Made by a program: the position numbers and the translations under genes
Shown: piece after piece, positions 1-10,448 of the stretch
Layout: each line of letters starts with the position of its first letter
How positions within the stretch are numbered: position 1 is the first letter of the stretch
Source of the DNA: Azolla caroliniana
Taxonomy: Eukaryota; Plantae; Polypodiophyta
Length of the DNA: 64,000 nucleotides
Reading direction: 5' to 3'
NCBI GenBank assembly: GCA_043228905.1
Contig: JBHGNT010000022.1
Coordinates: 5,270,001 to 5,334,000, forward strand
Notes under the pieces: generated by a model
What the model saw: the letters and a program-made list of their open reading frames with translations, nothing else
Told to the model about the DNA's origin: nothing
The model's database searches: none

Positions 1-2533
1 TCCATTTGAAGTGGATGGTCGGAGGGTACGTAGGGTGAAGTTCGTCCCGGTGTCGGACTATGGAGTGCATCTGACAGCTCTCGCAAGTTGTCACGAATCG
101 ATGCACGTCCCGGTATAGTCCCGGCCACCAGTACTTCCCCTTTATCTTCTCGAACGTGGCCCAAGTTCCACGGTGTCCGGCCCAAGGGCTGTCGTGGTAG
201 GCCGTCAGCAGCTCCTCCTGTTCTTCCTTCATCGCCACCACCCGGAGCGGAGCGCCGTCCCTCTTCTTCGGGTGCTTCCATAAGTATCCGTCCCGGAGAA
301 AGAATCGGTAAGCTTTCTTCTGGATCCGGTTGGCCTCGTCCTTCGTCCATGACGCATCCGGCGTCATTGTCCTCAAGAATCCACCGATCTGGAGCCACTC
401 GCCGTCGTACTTGCTCTCGTCGAAGTCGTTAAGTGCCGGAGTGCTCGTCCCATCGGTCGTCACGTTCGCCGCCTCGAAGAAGTCCACGCCGACTTCTTCG
501 TCCTCTGAAACCATGCCGCCCTCGTCATCAAACCTCGCCCTCAAAAGCATGTCGGCCATGGCGTTGTCCTTTCCGGAAATGTGTCGTATCTCTGGGTCTA
601 GGGACTTGATGTACGCTATCCACCTGAGCATCGCCAGGTCCGGTGTCGCGCATCCGGAAACCATGCCAAGAATCGGCAGGCAATCCGTCCCGATAATCAC
701 TTCTGTCCCGATCAGGTAGTCTTTGTCCGCCTTTACTGCCGAAACGATACTCCAGAGTTCACGTTTAACCTGGGCGTACCCTCGCTGTCGCTCACTGAGG
801 ACCTTAGCGCCGAATCGGATCGGGAACCGGGTGTCGTCCTCGTCTTCTTGGTTGACGACCCATCCGATCCCGGTCGGGCTCGTATCCACCGTTATGTATA
901 CCGGGGTACCCTTCTCGTAGACAGCCTTCCGGAGCGCCGGAGCTGCCGCAAGAGCCTCCTTCAGCTTCCGGACCGACTGCGTGTGCTCGTCTCGCCACTC
1001 GAATTTTCGCCCTTTTTTCAGCAACCCGTATAGCGGCTCCGCAACGTGGGCGTAATGTGGGATCCATATGTGGTAGAATGCGCATGCCCCCAGGAACCTC
1101 CGAACTTCCGTAACCGAGCTACAGTCGGTCTTCATCACGGAGATGGCTTCTACCTTTGCCGGAGACGGCTTCCGGCCATATGGTCCACATAGATGCCCGA
1201 CCACCAGGATTTCTGATTGCCCGAAGGCCGATTTCTCCTCGGAGAAGGTGAGCCTAGCATCCTCTAGCCTTTGTAGCACCTTCTCGCAGTCGTCGATGTG
1301 TTTCTCCACGAATCGCCGGCATCCGTCCGGCCCGACTGTCTTGTCCTTCTCCTCCACCGGGCACCCCTTAATCGGGATGTCGTCCAGAAATGGCATGGTG
1401 ATGTCGGGGATGCAATCCCTCAGTACCTTGTTCATTGCATTTACCATGTGAGCCACCGAGTTAGTCCCTCCTTGTGGCAGGGTACACATTCGCACTAGGC
1501 CGAGGGGAGTTCGCATCGTCGTAATGTCTCTGCTCTCCACGGCTAGCTGGAACTGGTCGTACCCTGAGTACAGATCACCGACCGAGTAAATCGACCTTCC
1601 GGCAAAGGCCTCCGCAAACTCGTCTATGGTTGGTCTGATTCCTGCGTTTCGAATGGTCACTCTGTTGATCGGCTGCAGGTCTTGAATGAAGCGCAACGTT
1701 CCGTTTTTCTTCGGTACGGTAAACCATCGGTTCGAGTACGGGACACTCGACGGTTCAAGAATGCCCATATCTACTTTCTGCCTCAATAGCTCCATCAACT
1801 TCGGGATGTGAGCTCTCGGTACCGGAATCGGCTTGAGATTCCACGGCACATGCGGTACCGTGAATATCACCATCGGCTCCACGATCGTCGGGTCTACGCA
1901 CCTGATCTCTTCCGGTGAGAATGCGAAGGCTTTCCTGTGCCTTCCGAGCATCCTCCGAAACCGGTCTTCCTCCGCCGGCAGTAGGAACCCGCCCCCACCG
2001 ATCTTGAGCTCCCGGAGCGTCCCGTCGGTGAAGGTGTGTCCTATGCAGGCCGGATCTCGTAAACTGGGGTTCGACGCAACCCCTCTGATCCGGGACTCGC
2101 TGCCCTCCGGTAAGGGTGCCGCGACTAGCCTTACCTTCCAGTCCACAGCCTTGTACTTGGTGCTAACTAGGGCCGTCCGATCCGACCCGAGCCCCCGACT
2201 GAAGTTCGCGATGACTTCGTACATCTCTTCGGAACATACCGGTATCGTCCGGTCTTCGTTAAGGTCTTCTCCGGCAACCTTCCTCAGCATCCCTAAGGTG
2301 TCGTCGAAGGAGACCGCCTCCACGGCTCCGCTAATTTCCTCGTCCGGGCCTAGAACTCCGCACGCTCGAAGTCGCTCTTCCGCCCTTGTCTTTTCTCGGC
2401 CAACGATGCCGACAATCATACACCCTCCGTTGTCGAAGAAGCAAAACCTCCTGCCTATCGTACAATCGTGGGGTCTTTCCTGAGTGTCCGGACTGTCTCG
2501 GCCCCACGCCTTGGCAGCCCTCTCTAAAAATCC
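1..2533 (-). CDS. pol: gypsy pol (RT, RNase H, integrase N-terminus), -1 frame relative to gag-pro, apparently open to the window edge
   Basis: Manual translation gives TKYKAVDWKV, RT motif ITMPFLDDIPIKG (~1370-1410) and integrase Zn finger YWWPGLYRDVHRFVTTCESC near 90-135, all in one frame. Absence from the ORF track is consistent with no stop before position 1. Confidence 0.85.
2467..2533 (-). promoter_or_regulatory. putative -1 programmed ribosomal frameshift signal (GGAUUUU + pseudoknot)
   Basis: G GAU UUU UAG at 2533-2524. Stems GGGCUG/CAGUCC and CGUGGGG/CCCCACG are interleaved in H-type order. Confidence 0.75.
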
Positions 2534-4602
2534 TCCCGGTTCTCGCCACCGAGGGACTCGCGGTTTCTCTCGTGGTTCGGCCGCACCGTCAAAAATTGCA
2601 CCGAATGGCACCCGTCCTGGCTTTTGACCCTCGCGTAGGCCGAACCGTTGTCCAGCACCTTGGTCTCTATTCTCGCCGCCGTGATGTATGGTTCCCCTAA
2701 TATGACCGGATGCGAGGACGTCTCCTGTACGAAGAAGTGCTGGTCAATCTCGACGTCGCCGATCTTTACTCGCACATTCGGGCAGGCCCCATGCAGTTCC
2801 TCGGTGGCGCGCGTCGCCGCACGTATCTTCCACCCGTGCTTGGTGTTGATCGGCCACTTCCCCTTCTTATAGAAGTCCATGAACATTAGGTTTATTTCCG
2901 AACCGTGGTCCACCAACGCCACCACCGGTTCCCGAACATCTCCGATCTTTACCGGGGTCTCCGTGGTCGCTCGGGCCCAGTGTGGCCTCGAATAGTGGCT
3001 CTCCGCCCACTCATCTTCCGGTTCCGTCTCCGTCGACAGTCTCTTCCGTTTCACCAAGTCTACAATGGAGTCGTGGAACTCCTTCTTGGCGATCCCTAGC
3101 ACCTCCCGTAATGACAGCTCCACTTTGTTGTCGAGGATCCGTTCTTCTAGGACCTTTTGTAGGTCCGTAGCCCTTTCTATTTCTATCCCCAGTCGGTACC
3201 CGCCCTTCCTGGGGTTATCTTGCGGGCCGGGCCCACCGGCATCGTTCCGTCGTTGCCCGGATCGGGTCTCGTACCGTTGTGAGGGCCCGGCCGCTCCTGC
3301 TTTCCCCACTCGTTTTTCTTCTACCAGAGCCTCGTAGTTCCGGCAAGCGGCTTCTACGAAGCCCGTCTTCTCTTCGACCGGATCGCTCCACCCGGTTATT
3401 TCCCGGACCCGTCTCTCAGCGCGGTCCGTTTCATCTTTCCTCAGCCGCGCTCCGGCGAGGCCTTCCAGCATTGCCAACCAGAAACCGTCTTTACTCTCCT
3501 TTCGGGCCTCGCTGCCCCCGACCTAAATACCGGCTGACGCTGAGTAGTGGATGACCTCCACGTGTCGGGCCGCTGCCTCTTCCATCAGTCTCTTCATACC
3601 TCCTCGCCCGTCGTTTCGGCTCAGGGCCCTCCTGGTGTCGCCAGCGTGCACCCGGCCTTCCCACAGGTACACCACCCGGTTTCTCAACGCCTCTGCGAAA
3701 TCGCCGCAGTCCTTCCGAATGTGGCTGACCTCGTCGCACCACATGCACCTGTTCCCCGTTGCCGGCCGTCGGTCACGAGCCGGTTCGCCGCCTTCCCTTC
3801 GAGTTTGGGCGATCTGGAGATCCTTTATCGCCCGCGTCAACTCCTCTAGTGCTGCTCCTCCGGACGAGCCATTGACCATGCTGGTCGAAGCCGGACTGGT
3901 TTCGGGCCATTCCCGGGTTTCTTCCCTTCGCACTTGCGGCGCCGGTTCAAGCCTCCTTGCTGTAACAGCACCCGCACCGGCCGCCCCGTTGTCAGCCCAT
4001 TCTCGCCATTTGTCGAAACGGCCACAGACTCTCTTAACCGCAGCGCAGTCGGTCGTCAACCCGTCTTCAGTTTCCAGCAAGGAGCCGACTTGATCCCGGT
4101 CCCGCTCGTCCACCGACTTGACGAACAGTAGGACCCGGCTCGTATCCAGGATAGTTCGGTCAAGCGCCGAAAGGCGCGCAAAGCGTTCTTCGAACTCCCG
4201 GAGGAGTGCCGACGCGTTTCTTCCTTTGCCGGGGGACTCCACCCATTCCATGAAGTCCCGTTTCGAAAGCCGGAGCGCGTCGTCCAGCCCATATTTCTCT
4301 AGGAGTCGGCCTTCGAACTCCTCCCAGGTACGACTCTCCGCCCGTACCTCGAGCACCTCCTCATGGATGCTCGGCATCGCCACTCGAGGGAACCCGGCAA
4401 GACGCCTCTCTTCCGGAATGTGCCGCATCAGCATTTCCGCCCCGTAGGACGCCAAATACCTCGTAGCATCCTTTCCACTAAAACGGCCGATCGTACTGAT
4501 GACCGCCTCAATGGCTCTGTCGAGGGCACCGGTGCCCTCGCGTGTGCTCAATATCCGATCCACGGCCGAAGCCATGGCCTCTGCAAGATCCGACCCCTTC
4601 AT
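2524..4602 (-). CDS. gag: gypsy gag-protease, one in-frame TAG at 3523-3525
   Basis: ORFs 3523..4869 and 2524..3477 share a frame. Zinc knuckle CMWCDEVSHIRKDC; aspartic protease-like ALVDHGSEINLM...VILGEPY; ATG at 4602 just downstream of the PBS. Confidence 0.8.
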
Positions 4603-4624
4603 CTTCTGCTCTTCTGCCGCCTCT

Positions 4625-4642
4625 TTCACGTTGGGTTCACCA
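4625..4642 (-). promoter_or_regulatory. primer binding site, tRNA-Trp
   Basis: TGGTGAACCCAACGTGAA, one mismatch to the complement of the plant tRNA-Trp 3' end (TGGTGAACCCGACGTGAA), 4 nt after the LTR terminal CA. Confidence 0.8.
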
Positions 4643-4709
4643 AATATGTCGAGGTATTCCTCGCGGATGCGTGGATTGAGGCGGGACCTCGGGGGTCCTG
4701 TACCGAAGA

Positions 4710-4749
<40 letters not shown>

Positions 4750-4929
4750 CACTACGTGCGAGCGTAGATTCACAGGGACACGGCCCTTCGACGCAAAAAC
4801 GCGAGTGGGACAGCGACACAGAAAGACACGAAAGTATGTATGTATTGACAAGACAAACAACAAGAACACGAAGACTACAAAACACGAAGTCGGTTACAAC
4901 CGAACAGGCCGGCGAACAGATGCCGATAC

Positions 4930-5632
4930 TGTTGGGATTTCGGTCCCTCCGGATGGGATGTCCGGAGATGAATGACGGCAAGCCCGGTTGCGGTTACGGA
5001 GCCGGATGATGAAGACCCCGGCTACGGTGCCGGATGATGAAGACCCCGGCTACGGAGCCGGATGATGAATACCCCGGCTACGGAGTCGGATGATGAATAC
5101 CCCGGCTACGGAGCCGGATGATGAAGACCCCGGTTACGGAGCCGGATGACGAATGTACCCGGAGGGAGATCCGGATGCGGGGACATATTTGTGAATATGT
5201 TTGCCAAGAGCCCTTGAGGCTATATTTGTAAATAGTCCGAAAGTCATATGTGTATAAATATGACTTAGGGCAAACAGTTTAAGTTGTTGCTCATTTTCTG
5301 TTTTTTCACTGAGAGGAAGCAAAGTGAGAGCAGCCGAGAGAGAGATAGAGCGCGAGAGAGACGAAGAGGTAGACGCCTCTGTGTATTTCCGCCGCCTGTG
5401 GCGAGGACAGCGAGCTCAAGGTCGTTGCCTTGCAGCTCGCCATTGTATATTTCTCTGTGCATAGTTTGGTTTGGAGTCTCGCACTCCCGTGGTTTTTCCC
5501 GTATAGGGTTTTCCACGTTAATTCCTGTGTATCGCGTCTTTCTCTGTATTTCCTATTTTTCTGCTGCATTGATCCGCGATTACTCGGTTGTGGCCGAGTG
5601 GTGAAGGTGAATCCAAGCGTTGATTCCCAACA
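4930..5632 (+). repeat. copia 5' LTR with 28-bp U3 tandem array (~5002-5150)
   Basis: TGTTGGGA...TCCCAACA termini; unit CCGGATGATGAAGACCCCGGCTACGGAG x~5.5; TATA-like TATAAATA at ~5254. Confidence 0.95.
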
Positions 5633-5635
5633 AAC

Positions 5636-5647
5636 TGGTATCAGAGC
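5636..5647 (+). promoter_or_regulatory. primer binding site, tRNA-iMet
   Basis: TGGTATCAGAGC 3 nt after the LTR. Confidence 0.95.
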
Positions 5648-5661
5648 GACTGTTGCAGAAA

Positions 5662-8600
5662 ATGGAAGGCGGCGGCAGCGGGCAGCCGATGATGATGGTG
5701 CTGAATGCACAAAATTACGCCGACTGGAAGATCAAGATGGAGGACCTTCTGATTGTTCGGGACCTGTACGAACCGATTGACAGGTCGGAAATACCGAAAG
5801 GGGTACTTGAGTCGGAGTGGAAGCTCCTGAACCGGAAAGCCGTAGCGACGATCCGACAATACGTCGACGTGAGCGTCCTACAACATGTGGCAAACGACAC
5901 CAACGCATATGAGATGTGGAAGAAGCTGTCGGGCCTCTACGAGAGGAAGAATGCGTTGAACCGGACCTCCCTGATGAGGAAGATAGTGAATCTCAAGTAC
6001 CGGGACGGCGAGAGTATGGTGGAACACGTAAGCACGTTCATGGGATTCGTGAATCAGCTTGCGGCGATCAAGTTCCCGTTGGAGGATGCAATGCAAGCCA
6101 TCATCCTGATGTGTACACTGCCGGACAGCTGGGAGAACTTGGTGGTGACTCTCAGCACCTCCTGCACGGAAGACAACTTGTCCCTACAAACGGTAAAGAC
6201 AAGTATTCTAAATGAAGAAGCGCGTCGGAGAGATAAAGAACCGGCCTCCGACTCGAAGGCGCTGCTTACCGAATCGGAACGGGGAAGACACTGGAACCGG
6301 AGTCCGCAAAGACGGGAGAAGTCGGGGACCCGGTCGCAGTCAAGAGGAAGACCCACATGCTTCCACTGTGGGAAGCCGGGGCACTTTCGGAAGAATTGTC
6401 GGCATTACCGAAAGGACAACGGAGCCGACGACACGGATTCGAAGAAGTCACCGGAGAGAAACGGTGCATACCGGGGAGCCACGGACCGGAGAGGTCCGGA
6501 TCGGCGAGGGCAGGACCGGAAAGGAACGACGGCACTCGCGGCAAGTGAAGAGGAGATCATGCTCATCACCGAAGAAGGTGAACTAAACATTGCCGGCGAT
6601 GAGACGACCTGGGTGGTCGATTCCGGAGCGTCGTTCCACCTGACCCCGGAGAGAAGATACTTTTCATCCTACACAGCCGGCGAGCATGGCTGTGTTCGGA
6701 TGGGAAATGAAGGTACGTGCCGGATTGCCGGCATCGGAGACGTGTGGTTGACAACCCCGACCGGATGCAAAATGCTGCTGAAGGATGTCCGTCACGTTCC
6801 GGAGGTTCGATTGAACCTGATTTCGGCCGGGAGGCTAGACGATGAAGGCTACACAGGTAGCATCCGGAACGGCGTAATGAAGTTCAGCAAGGGGAGCCTG
6901 ATAGTGGCTCGGGCCCGGAAAGTCAACACACTGTACCTGATGAATGCCCGGTTATGTCCGGAAGAGCTGAATGTGGCAGCCGACACTGCCGGTGAGCTGT
7001 GGCACAAAAGACTGTGCCACATGAGTGAGAAGGGGATGAAGAGGCTTGCAGAAGACAACCTTATCCTAGTGAAGCATGTGCACCTGGAGAAGTGCACCGA
7101 TTGCCTGGCCGGTAAGCAGAACCGAACCTCCTTCCACTCAAGGCCACCGACGAGACGTAGCGCACCATTGGAGTTGGTGCACACTGATGTGTGTCAGGTA
7201 GAAACGAAGTCACATGGCGGAGCCCAGTACTTCGTGACTTTCATTGATGATCACAGCCGGAAGCTGTGGACGGCGCCGTTGAAGACAAAGGACCAAGTGT
7301 TGTCCGTCTTCAAAGAACTCCACGCGAGAGTGGAAAGAGAATCCGGCAAGAAGCTGAAAGCGATACGAGCGGATAACAGAGGGGAATACCGGGGGCAGTT
7401 CGCGGAGTACTGTCGCTCGAAGGGAATCCGGCTCGAGTTTACTGTGCCGAAGACGCCGGAACTGAACGGGCTGGCCGAGAGGATGAACCGGACCATAATG
7501 GAGAGGGTCCGGAGTATGCTAGCGCATGCGAAATTACCCAAGGGGTTTTGGGCTGAGGCGATGTCGACGGCGACATACGTGATAAATAGATCACCCTCAG
7601 TACCTTTGGACGGAGACACGCCGCAGAGAGTGTGGACCGGTAAGGAAGTGTCCTACCGGCATCTGAAGGTGTTCGGGTGTCTCGCATACGTGCATGTGGC
7701 AAAGGACCGGAGAGGAAAGCTAGATCCAAAGACCCGGCCATGCATATTCCTCGGTTACGGCGATGACGAGTTCGGCTACCGAGTATGGGACCCGGTCGAC
7801 AAGAAGATATTCAGGAGTCGAGACATCATCTTCATGGAGGACAAGACACTCGCCGACTGGGAGTCGGAGAAGAAGGTGAAGAGCTCCAAGTCGACCGGTG
7901 AGGATCAACTCTACGAGGAGCAGTCCCGACCGGCAAGAGACCGGTTAGCACTCGAGGATCCGGCCGAAGACGGTGAAGAAACAGGACCGGCCGAAGAAGA
8001 TGAAAATGATACCGGAACTGGCCCCGATCCCGAAATGGATTCGGATGAAGAAGAATCGGGAGAACCGGTTACCGAAGCTCCGGAACGGAGATATCCTCTA
8101 AGAGAGAGAAGGGCCCCCCGGAGATTTCCGGAACCAGAGCACGTGCTGCTAACCGACGAAGGGGAGCCGGAGAGCTTTGAAGAAGCAAAGCATGACACCC
8201 AGAGCCGCAGGTGGTTGAGTGCCATGCAGGACGAGATGGATTCCCTGCATGAGAACCACACATATGAACTTGTGGAGTTGCCGAAAGGAAAGCGGGCACT
8301 TCGAAACAAGTGGGTGTTCAAGCTGAAACCGGGAGATGCCGGAAACCCCCCGAGATACAAAGCCAGGATCGTGGTGAAGGGGTTTCAGCAGAAGAAGGGC
8401 GTCGACTTCGACGAGATATTTGCTCCGGTAGTGAAGATGACCTCCATCCGGACGGTGCTGAGCATAGCGGCAAGCATGGACCTCGAGGTAGAACAGATGG
8501 ACGTGAAGACGGCATTCCTTCACGGTGACCTCGAAGAAGAGATCTACATGCAGCAACCGGAAGGATTCGAGAAGAAAGGGAAGGAGCACCTGGTATGCCG

Positions 8601-9735
8601 GTTGAAGAAGAGCCTTTACGGACTGAAGCAGGCTCCCCGGCAATGGTACCGGAAGTTCGACTCCTTCATGACCGACGAAGGGTACCACAAAACGCAGTCT
8701 GATCACTGCGTGTTTGTGAAGAAGTTCGAAGGAGGAGACTCTCTAATACTCCTCCTGTACGTGGACGACATGTTGATCGTCGGACGGGACCAGGTCAAGA
8801 TACGGACGCTGAAGAAAGCGCTTCTCCGAACCTTCTCAATGAAGGACCTGGGTCCGGCGAGGCAAATACTAGGGATGCACATCATCCGGGACCGGAAGAA
8901 GAAGCAGTTGTGGCTGTCACAGGAGAAGTACGTGACAAAGGTGCTTCACCGGTTCAACATGTCGGAAGCAAGACCGGTCGGGTCAACCCTCCCGGCAAAC
9001 TGCAAGTTGTCCAGCAAGCAAAGCCCCAAGACAAAGGCTGAGAAGGAGGACATGATGAAAGTACCATATGCCTCTGCCGTCGGAAGCTTGATGTACGCAA
9101 TGGTGTGTACAAGACCGGACATAGGATATGCAGTTGGAGTGGTGAGCCGGTACATGAGTAATCCCGGCAAAGAGCACTGGAACGCGGTCAAGTGGATACT
9201 CCGATACCTAAAGGGCACGGCAAACGTGTGCCTCCGATTCGGCTCTGGTAAGCCCGAACTCGACGGCTTTACCGATTCGGATATGTCGGCTGATGAAGAT
9301 ACCAGCCGGTCCACATCAGGGTATGTGATGACGCATGCAGGGGGAGCTGTTTCGTGGCAGTCGAGGCTGCAGAAGACGGTTGCGTTGTCAACCACGGAAG
9401 CGGAGTACATGGCGGCTGTTGAAGCCGGCAAGGAAATAATATGGATGAAGGACTTCATTAGAGAGCTCGGTATCCGACAAGAGGAGTACCGACTCTACTG
9501 CGACAGTCAAAGTGCCATCCACCTTGCGAAGAACGCGGCCTATCACTCCCGGACGAAGCACATCCAGCGAAGATATCACTGGATCCGGGAAAGGATAGAA
9601 GACCAGGAGTTCATGCTGACGAAAATCCACACGGAAGAGAACGGGTCAGATATGCTGACCAAAGTGCTCACACCCGACAAGCTGGAAGCGTGCCGGAAGA
9701 GGGTCGGATTGGAGAGACATCCCATGCCGAAGTGA
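5662..9735 (+). CDS. copia gag-pol polyprotein (~1357 aa; Tnt1-like)
   Basis: CFHCGKPGHFRKNC knuckle, protease WVVDSGAS, GAG-pre LWHKRLCH, integrase FIDD/ADN/AERMN, RT LYVDDML, RNaseH STTEAEY/YCDSQSA. Probable ATG at 5662. Confidence 0.97.
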   Translation: MEGGGSGQPMMMVLNAQNYADWKIKMEDLLIVRDLYEPIDRSEIPKGVLESEWKLLNRKAVATIRQYVDVSVLQHVANDTNAYEMWKKLSGLYERKNALNRTSLMRKIVNLKYRDGESMVEHVSTFMGFVNQLAAIKFPLEDAMQAIILMCTLPDSWENLVVTLSTSCTEDNLSLQTVKTSILNEEARRRDKEPASDSKALLTESERGRHWNRSPQRREKSGTRSQSRGRPTCFHCGKPGHFRKNCRHYRKDNGADDTDSKKSPERNGAYRGATDRRGPDRRGQDRKGTTALAASEEEIMLITEEGELNIAGDETTWVVDSGASFHLTPERRYFSSYTAGEHGCVRMGNEGTCRIAGIGDVWLTTPTGCKMLLKDVRHVPEVRLNLISAGRLDDEGYTGSIRNGVMKFSKGSLIVARARKVNTLYLMNARLCPEELNVAADTAGELWHKRLCHMSEKGMKRLAEDNLILVKHVHLEKCTDCLAGKQNRTSFHSRPPTRRSAPLELVHTDVCQVETKSHGGAQYFVTFIDDHSRKLWTAPLKTKDQVLSVFKELHARVERESGKKLKAIRADNRGEYRGQFAEYCRSKGIRLEFTVPKTPELNGLAERMNRTIMERVRSMLAHAKLPKGFWAEAMSTATYVINRSPSVPLDGDTPQRVWTGKEVSYRHLKVFGCLAYVHVAKDRRGKLDPKTRPCIFLGYGDDEFGYRVWDPVDKKIFRSRDIIFMEDKTLADWESEKKVKSSKSTGEDQLYEEQSRPARDRLALEDPAEDGEETGPAEEDENDTGTGPDPEMDSDEEESGEPVTEAPERRYPLRERRAPRRFPEPEHVLLTDEGEPESFEEAKHDTQSRRWLSAMQDEMDSLHENHTYELVELPKGKRALRNKWVFKLKPGDAGNPPRYKARIVVKGFQQKKGVDFDEIFAPVVKMTSIRTVLSIAASMDLEVEQMDVKTAFLHGDLEEEIYMQQPEGFEKKGKEHLVCRLKKSLYGLKQAPRQWYRKFDSFMTDEGYHKTQSDHCVFVKKFEGGDSLILLLYVDDMLIVGRDQVKIRTLKKALLRTFSMKDLGPARQILGMHIIRDRKKKQLWLSQEKYVTKVLHRFNMSEARPVGSTLPANCKLSSKQSPKTKAEKEDMMKVPYASAVGSLMYAMVCTRPDIGYAVGVVSRYMSNPGKEHWNAVKWILRYLKGTANVCLRFGSGKPELDGFTDSDMSADEDTSRSTSGYVMTHAGGAVSWQSRLQKTVALSTTEAEYMAAVEAGKEIIWMKDFIRELGIRQEEYRLYCDSQSAIHLAKNAAYHSRTKHIQRRYHWIRERIEDQEFMLTKIHTEENGSDMLTKVLTPDKLEACRKRVGLERHPMPK

Positions 9736-9745
9736 AGGGGGATTT
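9731..9745 (+). promoter_or_regulatory. polypurine tract
   Basis: AGTGAAGGGGGA immediately before the 3' LTR. Confidence 0.9.
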
Positions 9746-10448
9746 TGTTGGGATTTCGGTCCCTCCGGATGGGATGTCCGGAGATGAATGACGGCAAGCC
9801 CGGTTGCGGTTACGGAGCCGGATGATGAAGACCCCGGCTACGGTGCCGGATGATGAAGACCCCGGCTACGGAGCCGGATGATGAATACCCCGGCTACGGA
9901 GTCGGATGATGAATACCCCGGCTACGGAGCCGGATGATGAAGACCCCGGTTACGGAGCCGGATGACGAATGTACCCGGAGGGAGATCCGGATGCGGGGAC
10001 ATATTTGTGAATATGTTTGCCAAGAGCCCTTGAGGCTATATTTGTAAATAGTCCGAAAGTCATATGTGTATAAATATGACTTAGGGCAAACAGTTTAAGT
10101 TGTTGCTCATTTTCTGTTTTTTCACTGAGAGGAAGCAAAGTGAGAGCAGCCGAGAGAGAGATAGAGCGCGAGAGAGACGAAGAGGTAGACGCCTCTGTGT
10201 ATTTCCGCCGCCTGTGGCGAGGACAGCGAGCTCAAGGTCGTTGCCTTGCAGCTCGCCATTGTATATTTCTCTGTGCATAGTTTGGTTTGGAGTCTCGCAC
10301 TCCCGTGGTTTTTCCCGTATAGGGTTTTCCACGTTAATTCCTGTGTATCGCGTCTTTCTCTGTATTTCCTATTTTTCTGCTGCATTGATCCGCGATTACT
10401 CGGTTGTGGCCGAGTGGTGAAGGTGAATCCAAGCGTTGATTCCCAACA
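9746..10448 (+). repeat. copia 3' LTR
   Basis: Direct repeat of 4930-5632 at offset 4816; identical shadow ORFs in the track. Confidence 0.95.

Larger units (their letters stand above)
4930..10448 (+). mobile_element. intact full-length Ty1/copia LTR retrotransposon (very recent insertion)
   Basis: TG..CA LTRs 4930-5632 and 9746-10448 (703 bp each, no difference seen); TSD GATAC at 4925-4929 and 10449-10453; PBS; PPT; single long ORF. Confidence 0.97.

Noticed and set aside
4603-4869. Hydrophobic N-terminal extension of gag ORF 3523..4869 (signal-peptide-like)
   Set aside because: Reads through LTR, (CT)n and PBS; the real start is more likely ATG 4602.
88-4975. Many plus-strand ORFs of 60-216 aa
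   Set aside because: Antisense shadows of GC-rich gypsy gag-pol; no motifs.
5134-5780. ORFs inside the copia LTR, repeated at 9950-10516
   Set aside because: Identical only because the LTRs are identical; low-complexity and non-ATG starts.
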